A stretch of 64,000 nucleotides of DNA. Source: Bacteroidia bacterium. Lineage in GTDB: Bacteria; Bacteroidota; Bacteroidia; JADZBD01. Location of the stretch: NCBI GenBank assembly GCA_020852255.1, contig JADZBD010000002.1:283531-347530 (forward strand), given 5' to 3'. A program made the translations under genes and the position numbers. A model generated the notes under the pieces. The model made no database searches, was not told where the DNA came from, and saw only the letters and a list, made by a program, of their open reading frames with translations. Below are positions 10,980-21,659 of the stretch, in pieces. Numbering within the stretch: the stretch's first letter is position 1; every line of letters starts with the position of its first letter.

Positions 10980-12349
10980 TCCAATGCGCGTTTTACAGGT
11001 TCAGCCAGTAACTCAATATCACCGGCTCCCATGAGTAATACCACCTCATAATGGGATGAAGAAAGCAAATCCGGCAACTCCTTTTTTGAAGAAATACATT
11101 TATTTTCTAACCTTACTTTGTTCAGAAGCATGGTGGTATTCACTCCCGGAATCGGTAATTCCCGTGCTGGATAAATGTCCAGAAGTACCAGCTGATCCAG
11201 CTTTTCGAGGCTGCGGGCGAAGTCGTCGGCGAAATCCCGGGTGCGTGTGAACAAATGTGGTTGAAACACTCCGGTAATACGCTTTCCGGGATATAGATCC
11301 CGGACCGCCGCAATGGTGGCACTAAGCTCTGCGGGGTGGTGGGCGTAATCATCAATAAGTACCAGATCGTCGCGACGGATGTGGTATTCGAAACGCCGCT
11401 TCACTCCCCGGAAGGAAGCCAGCCCTTTACGGATCGCCTGTTCCGATACCCCCAGGGACCAGACGGCGGTAACAGCTCCCACGGCATTCTCCACATTATG
11501 TCTGCCGGGCACACCCAGATTCAGGTTGGCGATCCGTGTATCTCCGAGGATCAGATCAAAAACAAAGCGGCCGTTCTCTACCCGCACGTTTTCCGCCCGG
11601 TGAGGAGCAGTTCCTTCTCCGCAATACTCCAGAAATCCGGCAGATGGATGACCCAGGTACTCTTTCAATCCCTGTTTGGTTACCAATACTCCACCCGGCT
11701 TAACACCCGCTGCGAAAAGAGAATACGTACGCAGCATTTCACTGTGATCGCCGTAGATATCCAGATGATCGGGATCCAGTGAAGTGATAATTGCCGTCAG
11801 AGGCCGTAAAGTCAGAAATGAGCGGTCGTATTCATCTGCCTCCACTACCACAATATCCGTGGTTCCTTCCAGCATATTGCTTTCATAATTCTGAGTAATA
11901 CCTCCAAGAAAAGCCCAGCATTCAGTTCCGGCGGTACGAAGCAGGTGTGCAATGAGAGATGAAGTGGTAGTTTTGCCGTGCGTACCGGCTACTGCCACCG
12001 TTCGGGTGCCTTCCGTAAGCATGCCGAGCACTTCAGATCTTTTCCGGATCGTATATCCCCTCTCCCGAAACCATATCCATTCCCCGTGTTCAGCAGGAAT
12101 AGCGGGAGTATACACCACGAGCACATTTTCTTTCGGTGCTTCCAGGAAGGAAGTTGGAATAAGATCGGGGTCTTCTTCGAAATGAATATCCATTCCTTCC
12201 GTTATCATTTGTGCCGTGAGGGAGGAAGGTGTCTTATCGTAACCTGCGATTTCCACACCTGCCTTGTTGTAATAGCGGGCCAGTGCACTCATACCGATGC
12301 CCCCGATACCCAAAAAATACATATGTGTTATATTTTCAGGGACTTTCAT
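10976..12349 (-). CDS. murC: UDP-N-acetylmuramate--L-alanine ligase
   Basis: YFLGIGGIGMSALARYY N-terminal motif, Mur ligase central domain VAVAGTHGKTTTSSL, and dcw position. Confidence 0.9.
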   Translation of the reverse strand: MKVPENITHMYFLGIGGIGMSALARYYNKAGVEIAGYDKTPSSLTAQMITEGMDIHFEEDPDLIPTSFLEAPKENVLVVYTPAIPAEHGEWIWFRERGYTIRKRSEVLGMLTEGTRTVAVAGTHGKTTTSSLIAHLLRTAGTECWAFLGGITQNYESNMLEGTTDIVVVEADEYDRSFLTLRPLTAIITSLDPDHLDIYGDHSEMLRTYSLFAAGVKPGGVLVTKQGLKEYLGHPSAGFLEYCGEGTAPHRAENVRVENGRFVFDLILGDTRIANLNLGVPGRHNVENAVGAVTAVWSLGVSEQAIRKGLASFRGVKRRFEYHIRRDDLVLIDDYAHHPAELSATIAAVRDLYPGKRITGVFQPHLFTRTRDFADDFARSLEKLDQLVLLDIYPARELPIPGVNTTMLLNKVRLENKCISSKKELPDLLSSSHYEVVLLMGAGDIELLAEPVKRALE

Positions 12350-13455
12350 CTCTTCTTTACCATTGATATGATTTCGTCTGCAATCAATGCAGCGGCATTG
12401 GGAAGTGAAAGACGCAATGCATTTTGTGCGAGTTGGTTTCTTGCTTCCTGGTTCTTCATCAGATCCAGAATTAAGTGGATCAACCCTGTTCCGGCATCCC
12501 TGTCGCTGATCATTTGCGCTGCGTTTTCATTCACCAGCGCTATGGCATTTTTGGTCTGATGATCTTCCGCTACATTGGGTGAAGGCACCAGGATACATGC
12601 CTTGCCTGCCACACATATCTCCGACACGGAAATGGCGCCCGCGCGTGATATTACCAGGTCAGCCGCTGCATAAGCCAGATCCATACGCTGGATGAACGCT
12701 GAGAGATGAATGTTCGTATGACCGAACTGTTGCAGAGCTGATGCCATCTCCTTTTCCTGATTCTTGCCCGTTTGCCAGATCACCTGCATACCGGCCTCCT
12801 CCAGCTCCCTTATACCGCGCAACATTGCACCGTTGATGGTTCCCGCGCCCAGGCTCCCTCCTATTACCAGCAGTACCGGCCGGTCCTTTGCCAAATGGAA
12901 ATAACCGATCGCCTCCTCTTTTTTGCTTTTCAGGTCCACAATATCCTTTCGTACGGGATTACCGGTTATGAGTATCTTCTCCCGGGGAAAGTACTTTTCC
13001 ATTCCGCGGAAGGCCACGCAGATCCGGTTTACTTTCGAAGCCAGCAGTTTGTTGGTTACACCGGGAAAGGAATTCTGCTCCTGAATCAGAGTGGGAATTC
13101 CTCTTGCGGCCGCCACCCGCAATGTGGGTGCACTGGCATACCCGCCTGTTCCGATCACCGCATCGGGAGAAAAATCCTTAATGATCTGCCGGGCTCTTCC
13201 CATGCTGGCCATTAGTTTAAAAAGAAGATTCCAGTTTTTCCAGATTTTCTTCCGCTGGAACCCGGCGATGGGCAATCCTTCAATACGGTATCCGGACGCC
13301 GGCACTTTTTCCATTTCCATTCTTCCCAGCGCTCCGATAAAAAGGATCTCCGCATCCGGGCGTTTTTCCCGTATGGCATTGGCGATGGCGATGGCCGGAA
13401 ATATATGGCCGCCGGTACCTCCGCCACTGAAAATAAATTTAAGCGGGACTGACAT
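12346..13455 (-). CDS. murG: Undecaprenyl-PP-MurNAc-pentapeptide UDP-GlcNAc transferase
   Basis: FSGGGTGGHIFPAIAIA N-terminal motif, GT28 family. Confidence 0.9.
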   Translation of the reverse strand: MSVPLKFIFSGGGTGGHIFPAIAIANAIREKRPDAEILFIGALGRMEMEKVPASGYRIEGLPIAGFQRKKIWKNWNLLFKLMASMGRARQIIKDFSPDAVIGTGGYASAPTLRVAAARGIPTLIQEQNSFPGVTNKLLASKVNRICVAFRGMEKYFPREKILITGNPVRKDIVDLKSKKEEAIGYFHLAKDRPVLLVIGGSLGAGTINGAMLRGIRELEEAGMQVIWQTGKNQEKEMASALQQFGHTNIHLSAFIQRMDLAYAAADLVISRAGAISVSEICVAGKACILVPSPNVAEDHQTKNAIALVNENAAQMISDRDAGTGLIHLILDLMKNQEARNQLAQNALRLSLPNAAALIADEIISMVKKR

Positions 13456-14608
13456 CAGGGACAGAATCTTTCTCCGCGGGTAGTTCTGTTTCCAGCTCTC
13501 TGCTCACGCTGAGCAGAATTCCTACCGCAATACTGGTGAACCAAATCGAAGTTCCTCCCATGCTGATGAAAGGCAAAGGCTGTCCCGTTACCGGAAACAG
13601 ATTGACTGCCACCGCCATGTTGATAAATGCCTGGAACACCAGGCTGAAAGCCAGTCCCACCGAGACCAGTACGCCAAATAACTTTTCACACTTGGTGGCT
13701 ATTCTTATCGCCCGGAACAATATGATGATGTAAAAGAAGATAAGGACAATTCCGAGAAGTCCGCCCATTTGTTCCAGGATCATCGCGAAAATAAAATCTG
13801 AGGATGCCTGCGGAAGAAAAGAGCGTTGGTCCGAATTTCCAAGTCCTTTGCCCACAAAAAAATTTGAGCTTCCAATGGCGGTTTTGGCCATTTCCGACTG
13901 ATAATTCTCCTTTGCATTTCCGGAAGTAAAATCTGTCAGGCGTTCTTTCCAGGTCTCACCTCTGGGTATTACGCCCGGTGCATAGATGATGAGCATAATC
14001 ACCACACCGAGAAATACGATCCCGGCACCAGCCACCGTCAACAGGTGTTTGATCCGCGCTTTTCCGATGAAGAGTAAAAGCATGCAGGTAGCAAACAGCA
14101 TAGCCGAAGTAGAAAAATTAGTGGGAAAGATGAGACCACAGATCAGGACAACCGGAAGAAACACAGGCAAGAAACCCTTTTTGAAATCTCCAAGCATATC
14201 CTGCTTTACCGTAAGTAAACGGGCGAGATACATCAGGAGCGAAAGCTTTGCCAGATCAGAAGGCTGGAATGTGAGTCCCAGTCCCGGTATTTCTATCCAT
14301 CTTCCGGCACCTCCCGCTTCCACACCCCAGAAGGTGGCATAGATCAGCAAAGGAATAGATATATAAAATCCAATTTGCCCGATCCGTGAAAAATAGCTGA
14401 ACCGTATCCGGTGGATGAGATAAATGATTCCGAGTCCCATGCAAAGAATTGCGGCGTGTTTGACCAGGTAGGGAATGGTATTTCCCCCTTTATATTTAAA
14501 GGCCAGCGTGCCGATAGATCCGTAAACCATCAACAATGAAACCACTGACAGCAGGACAATGGTCACCCATAGTACCTTATCTCCTTTTAATGCGCGCAGT
14601 ATTCCCAT
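13439..14608 (-). CDS. ftsW: SEDS-family peptidoglycan glycosyltransferase FtsW
   Basis: Polytopic membrane protein with SEDS pattern (...PLPFISMGGTS...), in the dcw position. Confidence 0.85.
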   Translation of the reverse strand: MGILRALKGDKVLWVTIVLLSVVSLLMVYGSIGTLAFKYKGGNTIPYLVKHAAILCMGLGIIYLIHRIRFSYFSRIGQIGFYISIPLLIYATFWGVEAGGAGRWIEIPGLGLTFQPSDLAKLSLLMYLARLLTVKQDMLGDFKKGFLPVFLPVVLICGLIFPTNFSTSAMLFATCMLLLFIGKARIKHLLTVAGAGIVFLGVVIMLIIYAPGVIPRGETWKERLTDFTSGNAKENYQSEMAKTAIGSSNFFVGKGLGNSDQRSFLPQASSDFIFAMILEQMGGLLGIVLIFFYIIILFRAIRIATKCEKLFGVLVSVGLAFSLVFQAFINMAVAVNLFPVTGQPLPFISMGGTSIWFTSIAVGILLSVSRELETELPAEKDSVPDVSPA

Positions 14609-15099
14609 CAGGGTAACAGTTTTCGGACCGCCTTTTTGAACAGGTCGCCCCGGTTTTTATAATTATCAAATGCATCGTAACTGGGACAGGATGGTGAAAA
14701 GAGTACCAGGTCTCCGCTGCGTCCCCACTTTGAAGAGATGAACACTGCTTCCTCAATTGAAATAGCATGCGCAAAAAACATACATTCTCTCCGGAACATT
14801 CTGTACATTCTGTCAGGATCACTGCTCAAACAGATCAGTCCTTTCACTTTTTCCTTCATTAAATCCCTCAGCAGGGAATAGTCCACTCCGCGGTCCTGCC
14901 CGCCGAGGATCAGCAGCACGTTCTTACTGCCTGTTTCCATGGAGCGGAGACTTTCCCAGGTAGTATTCACCCGGATGGAGCGTGAATCGTTAATAAAATC
15001 AATTCCACGGACACTTCCGGCAGGCTCCAGAGCATGGTCAAAGAGCGTGGAGGTATCCCGTTTATAAACCGATATTTTCTTCTTTGCAAACATAGGCAA
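14608..15099 (-). CDS. Stand-alone Mur-ligase C-terminal-domain protein, a diverged paralog of the MurD C-terminus
   Basis: 163 aa. [23 protein letters not shown]...LLILGGQDRGVDYSLLRDLMKEKVKGLICL...GDLVLFSPSCPSYDAFDNYKNRGDLFKKAVRKL aligns at roughly 40% identity with the C-terminal ~140 aa of the adjacent full-length MurD ([23 protein letters not shown]...[28 protein letters not shown]...[33 protein letters not shown]). It starts 12 bp after the murD stop, and its stop overlaps the ftsW start. Confidence 0.6.
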   Translation of the reverse strand: MPMFAKKKISVYKRDTSTLFDHALEPAGSVRGIDFINDSRSIRVNTTWESLRSMETGSKNVLLILGGQDRGVDYSLLRDLMKEKVKGLICLSSDPDRMYRMFRRECMFFAHAISIEEAVFISSKWGRSGDLVLFSPSCPSYDAFDNYKNRGDLFKKAVRKLLP

Positions 15100-15110
15100 G
15101 TGTTTCCTCT

Positions 15111-16448
15111 TTACAGGGCGCGTACAGCAGCTTTGAACTGCGTTCCGCGGTCTTCATAATTTTCGAACAGGTCAAAGCTGGCACAGCAGGGTGAGAGCAG
15201 TACGATATCCCCTTTCTTCGCGAGGGAGTAAGACCGCATCACCGCTTCTTTGGCTGAGGCGGTCTCAACAATCTGTTCTACCACACCTGAGAAGGCCTTT
15301 TTGATCTTTTTGTTATCTGTTCCAAGGCAAACAATGGCCTTCACCTTTTCCGTCACAAGGTCCATCAGCATAGAATAATCATTCCCCTTATCTACACCTC
15401 CTACTACCCATACTACCGGGCGCTGCATACTCTCCAGCGCATACCATGTAGAATTTACGTTCGTAGCCTTACTATCATTAATAAAATCGATGCCGTGAAC
15501 ACGTGCTACAAATTCCAGCCGGTGCTCTACATTCTGAAAATCCGAGAGTGACTCCCGGATAACGGGGTTACGAATCTCCACCAGCTTTGCCGCAATTCCG
15601 GCAGCCATGGAGTTGTACAGATTGTGTTTACCTTGCAATGCGAGCTCTTCAAGAAACATAGCGAACGTGTTTTGGTTTATATTGATATGGAGTTGATTCT
15701 CTTCGATAAAGGCTCCCGTCGGGAGTTTTTTTTTAATGCTAAAGGGATATAACGTGCCGTTGAAGGCACGCCCTTTCATGCCCCTCACTGTTTCATCATC
15801 ATCAGTGCAGTAGATGAAAGAATCTTCCGGTCTTTGATTCTGCGTAATGCGAAACTTTGAATTCACATAGCCTTGCATTCCGTTGGCATACCGGTCTAAA
15901 TGATCAGGCGTAATGTTTGTAAGAACGGCCACGTTGATTCTCGTCCTGAACATGCCATCGAGCTGGAAACTGCTTAGCTCAAGCACATAATGATCATGAT
16001 TTTCCTCGGCGACCAGTTGTGCGAAACTCTTGCCCACATTTCCACCCAGACCTACATTCAGTCCTGCCTTTTTCAGAATATGATAAGTCAACATGGTGGT
16101 AGTGGTTTTACCGTTAGTTCCGGTAATACCGATAAGTTTTGCGCTGGTGTAGCGGGCGGCGAATTCGATCTCTGAGATCACCGGTACGCCTTTATGGGTC
16201 AGCGCTGCTATTATAGGTGCTGCATCAGGGATACCCGGGCTTTTGATCACTTCATCTGCACCAAGTATTCTTCCCTCGGTATGTTGTTTTTCTTCGTAGG
16301 GGATTCCCCGCTGTTCAAGCTCTTTCCGATAGCTTTCCCGGATCGCGCCCTTATCAGACACAAATACATCAAATCCTTTACGTTGCGCAAGGATTGCTGC
16401 ACCTACACCACTTTCTGCGGCACCGAGTATAACCACTTTTCCGCTCAC
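15111..16448 (-). CDS. murD: UDP-N-acetylmuramoylalanine--D-glutamate ligase (full length)
   Basis: [19 protein letters not shown]-terminus, [13 protein letters not shown]-loop, intact C-terminal domain. Confidence 0.9.
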   Translation of the reverse strand: MSGKVVILGAAESGVGAAILAQRKGFDVFVSDKGAIRESYRKELEQRGIPYEEKQHTEGRILGADEVIKSPGIPDAAPIIAALTHKGVPVISEIEFAARYTSAKLIGITGTNGKTTTTMLTYHILKKAGLNVGLGGNVGKSFAQLVAEENHDHYVLELSSFQLDGMFRTRINVAVLTNITPDHLDRYANGMQGYVNSKFRITQNQRPEDSFIYCTDDDETVRGMKGRAFNGTLYPFSIKKKLPTGAFIEENQLHININQNTFAMFLEELALQGKHNLYNSMAAGIAAKLVEIRNPVIRESLSDFQNVEHRLEFVARVHGIDFINDSKATNVNSTWYALESMQRPVVWVVGGVDKGNDYSMLMDLVTEKVKAIVCLGTDNKKIKKAFSGVVEQIVETASAKEAVMRSYSLAKKGDIVLLSPCCASFDLFENYEDRGTQFKAAVRAL

Positions 16449-17680
16449 CTTAATTTGAGGGTTACAACCGTGAGTATGGCCAGCATCATTCCCACAATCC
16501 AGAAACGGGAAACGATTTTGGCTTCATGAAAATTCAGTTTCTGGTAATGATGGTGTAAGGGCGACATTTTAAAAATGCGACGTCCTTCGCCGTATTTGCG
16601 CTTGGTGTATTTGAAATACGATACCTGCATCACCACTGAAAGACTCTCCACAAAAAATATCCCGCAGAGTATAGGAATGAGCAGCTCCTTTCGGAGTGAA
16701 ATGGCCAGCACCGCGATCATTCCCCCCAGTGCTAGCGAACCGGTGTCACCCATGAACACCTGTGCCGGGTAGGAATTATACCATAGAAATCCTGCACAGG
16801 CTCCCACCATGGCGGCTGAAAAAATAACCAGCTCTCCGGAATTCGGTATATACATGATGTTGAGATAATCTGCGAAGAATGTATTACCAGAAACGTAAGC
16901 AAGAATACCCAGTGTGGCGCCGATAATTGCCGATGTTCCTGTGGCCAGTCCGTCAATGCCGTCTGTGATATTGGCGCCATTCGACACGGCCGTTACAATA
17001 ACGATCACTGCCAGTATATAGAGTACCCATGTATAATCTCTCAGCGATTCCGGAAGGAGCCGCGAATAATTGAATTCATGTCCTTTCACAAAAGGAATGG
17101 TTGTGATGGGAACTTTTGTTTCAACGAAATACTTTTCCTTACCGTCAATGCTTCTGGTGATGATAGTGGGATCCGAAGGATTAGGTTGTCCCTGATACTC
17201 ACGGAGCATGGTCACATCGCTGTTAAAATACAGCACACCTCCCACAATGATGCCCAGGCTCACCTGACCTAAGACCTTGAACTTTCCGTGCAGACCCTTT
17301 TTATCTTTCTTGAAAACTTTAATATAATCGTCGAGAAATCCAATGAGTCCCAGCCACACGGTAGTGATGAGCATAAGTACAACGTAAATGTTTTCCAGCC
17401 TTGCGAATAGGATGGTGGGAATAAGTATGGCTGCCAGTATGATCAGGCCACCCATGGTTGGAGTGCCCTGTTTTTGCATTTGCCCCTCCAGCCCCAGGTT
17501 ACGAATTGTTTCTCCCACCTGTTTGCGCTGCAATGTTCGGATGATCGATTTTCCGAATACCCATGAGATCAGCAGGGAAACCAATACAGCCATTGCCGCA
17601 CGGAAGGAAATGTACTGAAACACTCCTGCTCCCGGGAAATCATGATGCTTATCGAGGTACTGAAAAAGATAATATAACAT
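16445..17680 (-). CDS. mraY: Phospho-N-acetylmuramoyl-pentapeptide transferase
   Basis: Polytopic membrane protein with MraY motifs ([18 protein letters not shown]). Confidence 0.9.
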   Translation of the reverse strand: MLYYLFQYLDKHHDFPGAGVFQYISFRAAMAVLVSLLISWVFGKSIIRTLQRKQVGETIRNLGLEGQMQKQGTPTMGGLIILAAILIPTILFARLENIYVVLMLITTVWLGLIGFLDDYIKVFKKDKKGLHGKFKVLGQVSLGIIVGGVLYFNSDVTMLREYQGQPNPSDPTIITRSIDGKEKYFVETKVPITTIPFVKGHEFNYSRLLPESLRDYTWVLYILAVIVIVTAVSNGANITDGIDGLATGTSAIIGATLGILAYVSGNTFFADYLNIMYIPNSGELVIFSAAMVGACAGFLWYNSYPAQVFMGDTGSLALGGMIAVLAISLRKELLIPILCGIFFVESLSVVMQVSYFKYTKRKYGEGRRIFKMSPLHHHYQKLNFHEAKIVSRFWIVGMMLAILTVVTLKLR

Positions 17681-19143
17681 TACCGCGACAGTGTTTTAAG
17701 TGTTTCCTGCAAAACTTCCATATCATCAAAAGGGTATTTAACCCCCATTATCTCCTGGTACGTTTCATGACCTTTTCCGGCCACCAGAATAATATCTTTA
17801 CTGCCGGCCATAGAACAGGCGGTACGGATGGCTTCCCGCCGGTCGGTAATCGTAAGCACCTTTCTTTTCTGGTGCGCTTCCACTCCCTTTTGCATATCGC
17901 GAAGGATGGCTTCAGGATCTTCACTTCGCGGATTGTCAGATGTGAGTATTACCTGGTCACTGTGTTCCAGCGCGATCTTTGCCATTACCGGCCTTTTGAG
18001 CGGATCACGATCGCCTCCGCATCCCACCACAGTAAAGACCTTCTCATTCCCTGTACGTATCTCATGAATTGTTCGCAATACATTTTTCAGCGCATCCGGT
18101 GTATGTGCATAATCGACGATAGCCACAAGTCCGTTTTCTGTGCGGTGAAACTGAAACCTTCCTTCCACGGGCGAGAGCGTGCTTAGGCCGGTTAAAACTT
18201 TCATTTTATCTTCCTTCAGTAATACACCCGCCGAATAAACGGCCAGCAGGTTGTACGCGTTGAAATAGCCGATCAGTTTGGTCCACACCTCGGTTCCGTC
18301 CAGGTTGAGCAGCAGCCCGGCAAACTGGTTTTCCACCACTTTACACTTAAACGTGCTTGCACTGCGAAGGGAATAGGTATTTTTTGACGCCCTGGTATTC
18401 TGGAGCATGAGCTCTCCGTTCGGATCATCCTTGTTCACCAGGGCAAACGCGGAGGAGGGAAGCTGGTCAAAGAATACTTTTTTTGCCCGGATATATTCAT
18501 CAAATGTTTTATGATAATCCAGATGATCATGTGTGATGTTTGTAAAAATTCCTCCGACAAACCGGAGCCCGTTAATCCGATGCTGCACCACCGCATGAGA
18601 GCTCACCTCCATGAAACAATGGGTACACTGCTCCTCTGCCATGCGTGCAAGCAGGGCGTTCAAACTGATTGCATCCGGAGTGGTATGGGTGGAAGGGATA
18701 ACTGAATCATTAATCCTGTTAGACACCGTTGAGAGCAAACCCACATTGTATCCTAACCTGCGAAACAATTCGAACAGTAAAGTGGCAGTAGTTGTCTTTC
18801 CGTTCGTGCCGGTAATACCCACCAGACGAAGTTTCTCGGACGGGTTATCGTAGAAATTAGCCGCAACGATTCCAAGCGCCGCCGAAGAATCCTTGACTTT
18901 TACAAATGTTACTTCGAGAGGAAGATCTGCCGGATACTCCTCGCATATGACTGCAGCCACACCATTGCGCACAACGTCTGCTATAAATGCATGCCCATCC
19001 GCCTTTGTTCCCCTGACGGCAACGAACAAAGAATCCGGCTTCACGTTCCTCGAATCGAACGTAACAGATCCAATGGCTACGCCGGTAGAACCGGTTACTT
19101 CCGTAATCGGCGCTTTATATAAAATATCCTTCAGCACTTTCAT
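17680..19143 (-). CDS. murE: UDP-MurNAc-tripeptide synthetase (meso-DAP or Lys adding)
   Basis: [13 protein letters not shown]-loop, Mur ligase architecture, dcw position. Confidence 0.9.
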   Translation of the reverse strand: MKVLKDILYKAPITEVTGSTGVAIGSVTFDSRNVKPDSLFVAVRGTKADGHAFIADVVRNGVAAVICEEYPADLPLEVTFVKVKDSSAALGIVAANFYDNPSEKLRLVGITGTNGKTTTATLLFELFRRLGYNVGLLSTVSNRINDSVIPSTHTTPDAISLNALLARMAEEQCTHCFMEVSSHAVVQHRINGLRFVGGIFTNITHDHLDYHKTFDEYIRAKKVFFDQLPSSAFALVNKDDPNGELMLQNTRASKNTYSLRSASTFKCKVVENQFAGLLLNLDGTEVWTKLIGYFNAYNLLAVYSAGVLLKEDKMKVLTGLSTLSPVEGRFQFHRTENGLVAIVDYAHTPDALKNVLRTIHEIRTGNEKVFTVVGCGGDRDPLKRPVMAKIALEHSDQVILTSDNPRSEDPEAILRDMQKGVEAHQKRKVLTITDRREAIRTACSMAGSKDIILVAGKGHETYQEIMGVKYPFDDMEVLQETLKTLSR

Positions 19144-21266
19144 CCTTTCAGTTGGAGATAAATTACTGTTCCCTTTTTATACCTGGTTCCTGACGGAATA
19201 CTCTGCGCTGTCACTTTCCCGCTTCCCGATATCTTCACTACCAGGCCTGCATTTTCAAGGAGATAGATCGCATCGCGCGCACCCATACCACTGACATCCG
19301 GCATCATTCCTCTGCGGAGATTTTCTTTCACGTTTAGCCCGGTGATCCAGAGAGCTGAATCCTTATGCCCGGTCTTAACCCATTCATGGGCGGTATTCTG
19401 TTCTTCCACCGGCAGATTCAGCAAATGGGCTATCAGACGCAGATCCTGTCCGCGGCCGCTCTTTACTTTGGGGGGATCCGATTTTACCAGTAACGGGTTA
19501 CTGCCGACCTTGTCATGTATTTCCAGCGAGCTGGAATAAATCTTATCAGCCACGGACTTGAAAATTGGTCCTGCCACTTCCGCTCCGTAATACGCATCGT
19601 TGGAGGGTGCGCTAACCACTACAATACAGGTATATTTTGGTTTGTCGGCAGGGAAATATCCTACGAAAGACGCCTGGTACTTCACTACCCCTTCCTTTTT
19701 ATATTTTCCTCCCTGCGCGATTTGCGCTGTACCGGTCTTTCCAGCAATCCTATAAATATTATTTTTCAGACTTCGTCCGGTACCATTCTCTACCACTCCT
19801 TCCAGCAACTGCTTTGCATACAGGATGGTTTGTTCGGAACATATCGGTTTATCACCGATCTGCTCAGGGCTAAAAACTTTCACCGGTTTGCCCCTCTTAC
19901 GAATTTCCTTCACGAACATTGGCCGCATCATCTTACCGTTATTCGCTACGGCATTGTAGAATGCGAGGATCTGCATAGGGGTGAGCAGGGTTTCATATCC
20001 GATAGACATGAAAGGCAACGTTACTCCGGACCAGTCTTTGCTTTTGACAGTTTTAACTTTAGGATCAGCCTCTCCGGGAATTACAAGTCCGAGAGGGGCT
20101 CCCAGGTTCATTGCGTGTATCCTTCCGGCGAATTTTTGCTGGTCCGACGCGTAATATTTCCATATGACTTTGGAAATGCCGACGTTGGACGAATGTTCAA
20201 ACACCTCACGAATTGTCATTTTGCTCTTTTTGGGAGCATGACTGTCCTTCATTGTGAGGTCATAGAATTTTGTCTCTCCGTTACCGACAATTACCTCGTC
20301 CTCCGGCCGGATAAATCCATCCTCAAACGCGGCCATTAAGGAGGCCAGCTTAAATGTAGATCCGGGTTCAGTAGCATAACCGATGGCGTAATTCAGTGAT
20401 TCGGTATAGGTGGATGAATCCTTGCGTGTAAGGTTTGCGATCGCCCGTATTTCTCCTGTTTGGGTCTCCATCAGGATCACACAGCCATTCCGGGCCTTTC
20501 TTTTAATGAGCTGTGTCATCAGTTCATTTTCCACCACATCCTGAAGATTCACATCAATGGTGCTTACGATATCCGCACCATCATCAGGTTCCACTTCATT
20601 ATTATCATTCACGGGCATATCCACTCCGCCGGCAATCTTTTTCATCAATCGTTTGCCGCCTATCCCGCGCAGATCGTTGTTGAATGCTCCTTCGATGCCG
20701 ATTGGTTTGGCATTTTCGGAATAATAACCGATGGTGCGGGCCGCCAGGTGCCGGAACGGGAGTTCCCTTTTATTGACCTGGGTATAAACCATGCCTCCCT
20801 TGTATTTGCCTCTGCGGAAAATCGGAAACTTCTTCACCTCCTGCAGATCCCTGTAGGAAACATCTTTTTGAAGAACAAGGTAGCGGTCCTTATTCCTTCG
20901 CGCATTCAGCAATTCCCGCTTGTATTCCTGCTTGCTTTTATCGCCAAAGAACGCGGAGAGACAAAGTGCCAGCGAATCAACATTTTTTTGAAAGAACTCT
21001 GCAGAAATACCATCGGCACACGGATCCATAGCCAGTGTGAAATAAGGGAGCGAAGTAGCGAGCAGTTTTCCATTGATGTCAAAAATATTACCTCGCACTG
21101 CATCAATGTCCTTGTAGTGATAGGTCATCTGGCGGGAGGCTTCTTTCCATTTTTCAGATTCCACCACTTGCAGTTTCACAATACGGTAGCCGATGGCACC
21201 GGCCAGCAAAAAAATGAGCAGATACACAGCATAAACCCTGATCAATATTTCCTTCCTGTTATCCAT
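19140..21266 (-). CDS. ftsI: Penicillin-binding protein FtsI/PBP3 (transpeptidase) with C-terminal PASTA-like domain
   Basis: N-terminal TM, transpeptidase motifs (STFK, SSN, KTGT), C-terminal PASTA-like segment. Confidence 0.85.
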   Translation of the reverse strand: MDNRKEILIRVYAVYLLIFLLAGAIGYRIVKLQVVESEKWKEASRQMTYHYKDIDAVRGNIFDINGKLLATSLPYFTLAMDPCADGISAEFFQKNVDSLALCLSAFFGDKSKQEYKRELLNARRNKDRYLVLQKDVSYRDLQEVKKFPIFRRGKYKGGMVYTQVNKRELPFRHLAARTIGYYSENAKPIGIEGAFNNDLRGIGGKRLMKKIAGGVDMPVNDNNEVEPDDGADIVSTIDVNLQDVVENELMTQLIKRKARNGCVILMETQTGEIRAIANLTRKDSSTYTESLNYAIGYATEPGSTFKLASLMAAFEDGFIRPEDEVIVGNGETKFYDLTMKDSHAPKKSKMTIREVFEHSSNVGISKVIWKYYASDQQKFAGRIHAMNLGAPLGLVIPGEADPKVKTVKSKDWSGVTLPFMSIGYETLLTPMQILAFYNAVANNGKMMRPMFVKEIRKRGKPVKVFSPEQIGDKPICSEQTILYAKQLLEGVVENGTGRSLKNNIYRIAGKTGTAQIAQGGKYKKEGVVKYQASFVGYFPADKPKYTCIVVVSAPSNDAYYGAEVAGPIFKSVADKIYSSSLEIHDKVGSNPLLVKSDPPKVKSGRGQDLRLIAHLLNLPVEEQNTAHEWVKTGHKDSALWITGLNVKENLRRGMMPDVSGMGARDAIYLLENAGLVVKISGSGKVTAQSIPSGTRYKKGTVIYLQLKG

Positions 21267-21652
21267 TACTTTCCATCAGGATGAGGTTCGACAATTTTGC
21301 CCGGAGGAATCGTAGATTGGTGGATGCCGTAAGGCCGTGCGAGGCGGGCTACCTCCGACTGTTTGCTCAGCTGCATGAGTTCAGAGGAAGAAATTATAAA
21401 CTCACTTTGCAGCTCTTTGAGTTCAAAGCTGACCTTGGAGATGCGGCGTACCGTGCGTTCTGCATAGTAGCCGTTTCCAATATAGAGCAGACCCAAGAAG
21501 GCCAGGAAGAAGATGAAAGGGAGCTGGCGGATCGTTTCCTCATTGGAGAGAAAACTGCCGGAGAAAAGGGTGACGAAGGGGCGGACAAATTTGTTTTGCC
21601 GTTTATTGCTTTTGGGAGCGGGGGGTGCTTTTTTCTCCTTCAGCTTATTCAT
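21266..21652 (-). CDS. ftsL: Cell division protein FtsL-like (small bitopic membrane protein)
   Basis: 128 aa with a single TM (LPFIFFLAFLGLLYIG) and a coiled-coil-like segment, between rsmH and ftsI. Confidence 0.6.
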   Translation of the reverse strand: MNKLKEKKAPPAPKSNKRQNKFVRPFVTLFSGSFLSNEETIRQLPFIFFLAFLGLLYIGNGYYAERTVRRISKVSFELKELQSEFIISSSELMQLSKQSEVARLARPYGIHQSTIPPGKIVEPHPDGK

Positions 21653-21659
21653 CCTTTGA

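Noticed and set aside
11978-12559. 193-aa plus-strand ORF spanning the murC/murG junction
   Set aside because: Antisense to two canonical genes. The Cys/His-rich composition is typical of spurious frames.
17563-21284. Plus-strand ORFs of 207-274 aa antisense to murE and ftsI (17563-18186, 19515-20339, 20460-21284)
   Set aside because: Nested inside strongly supported dcw genes, with no motifs.
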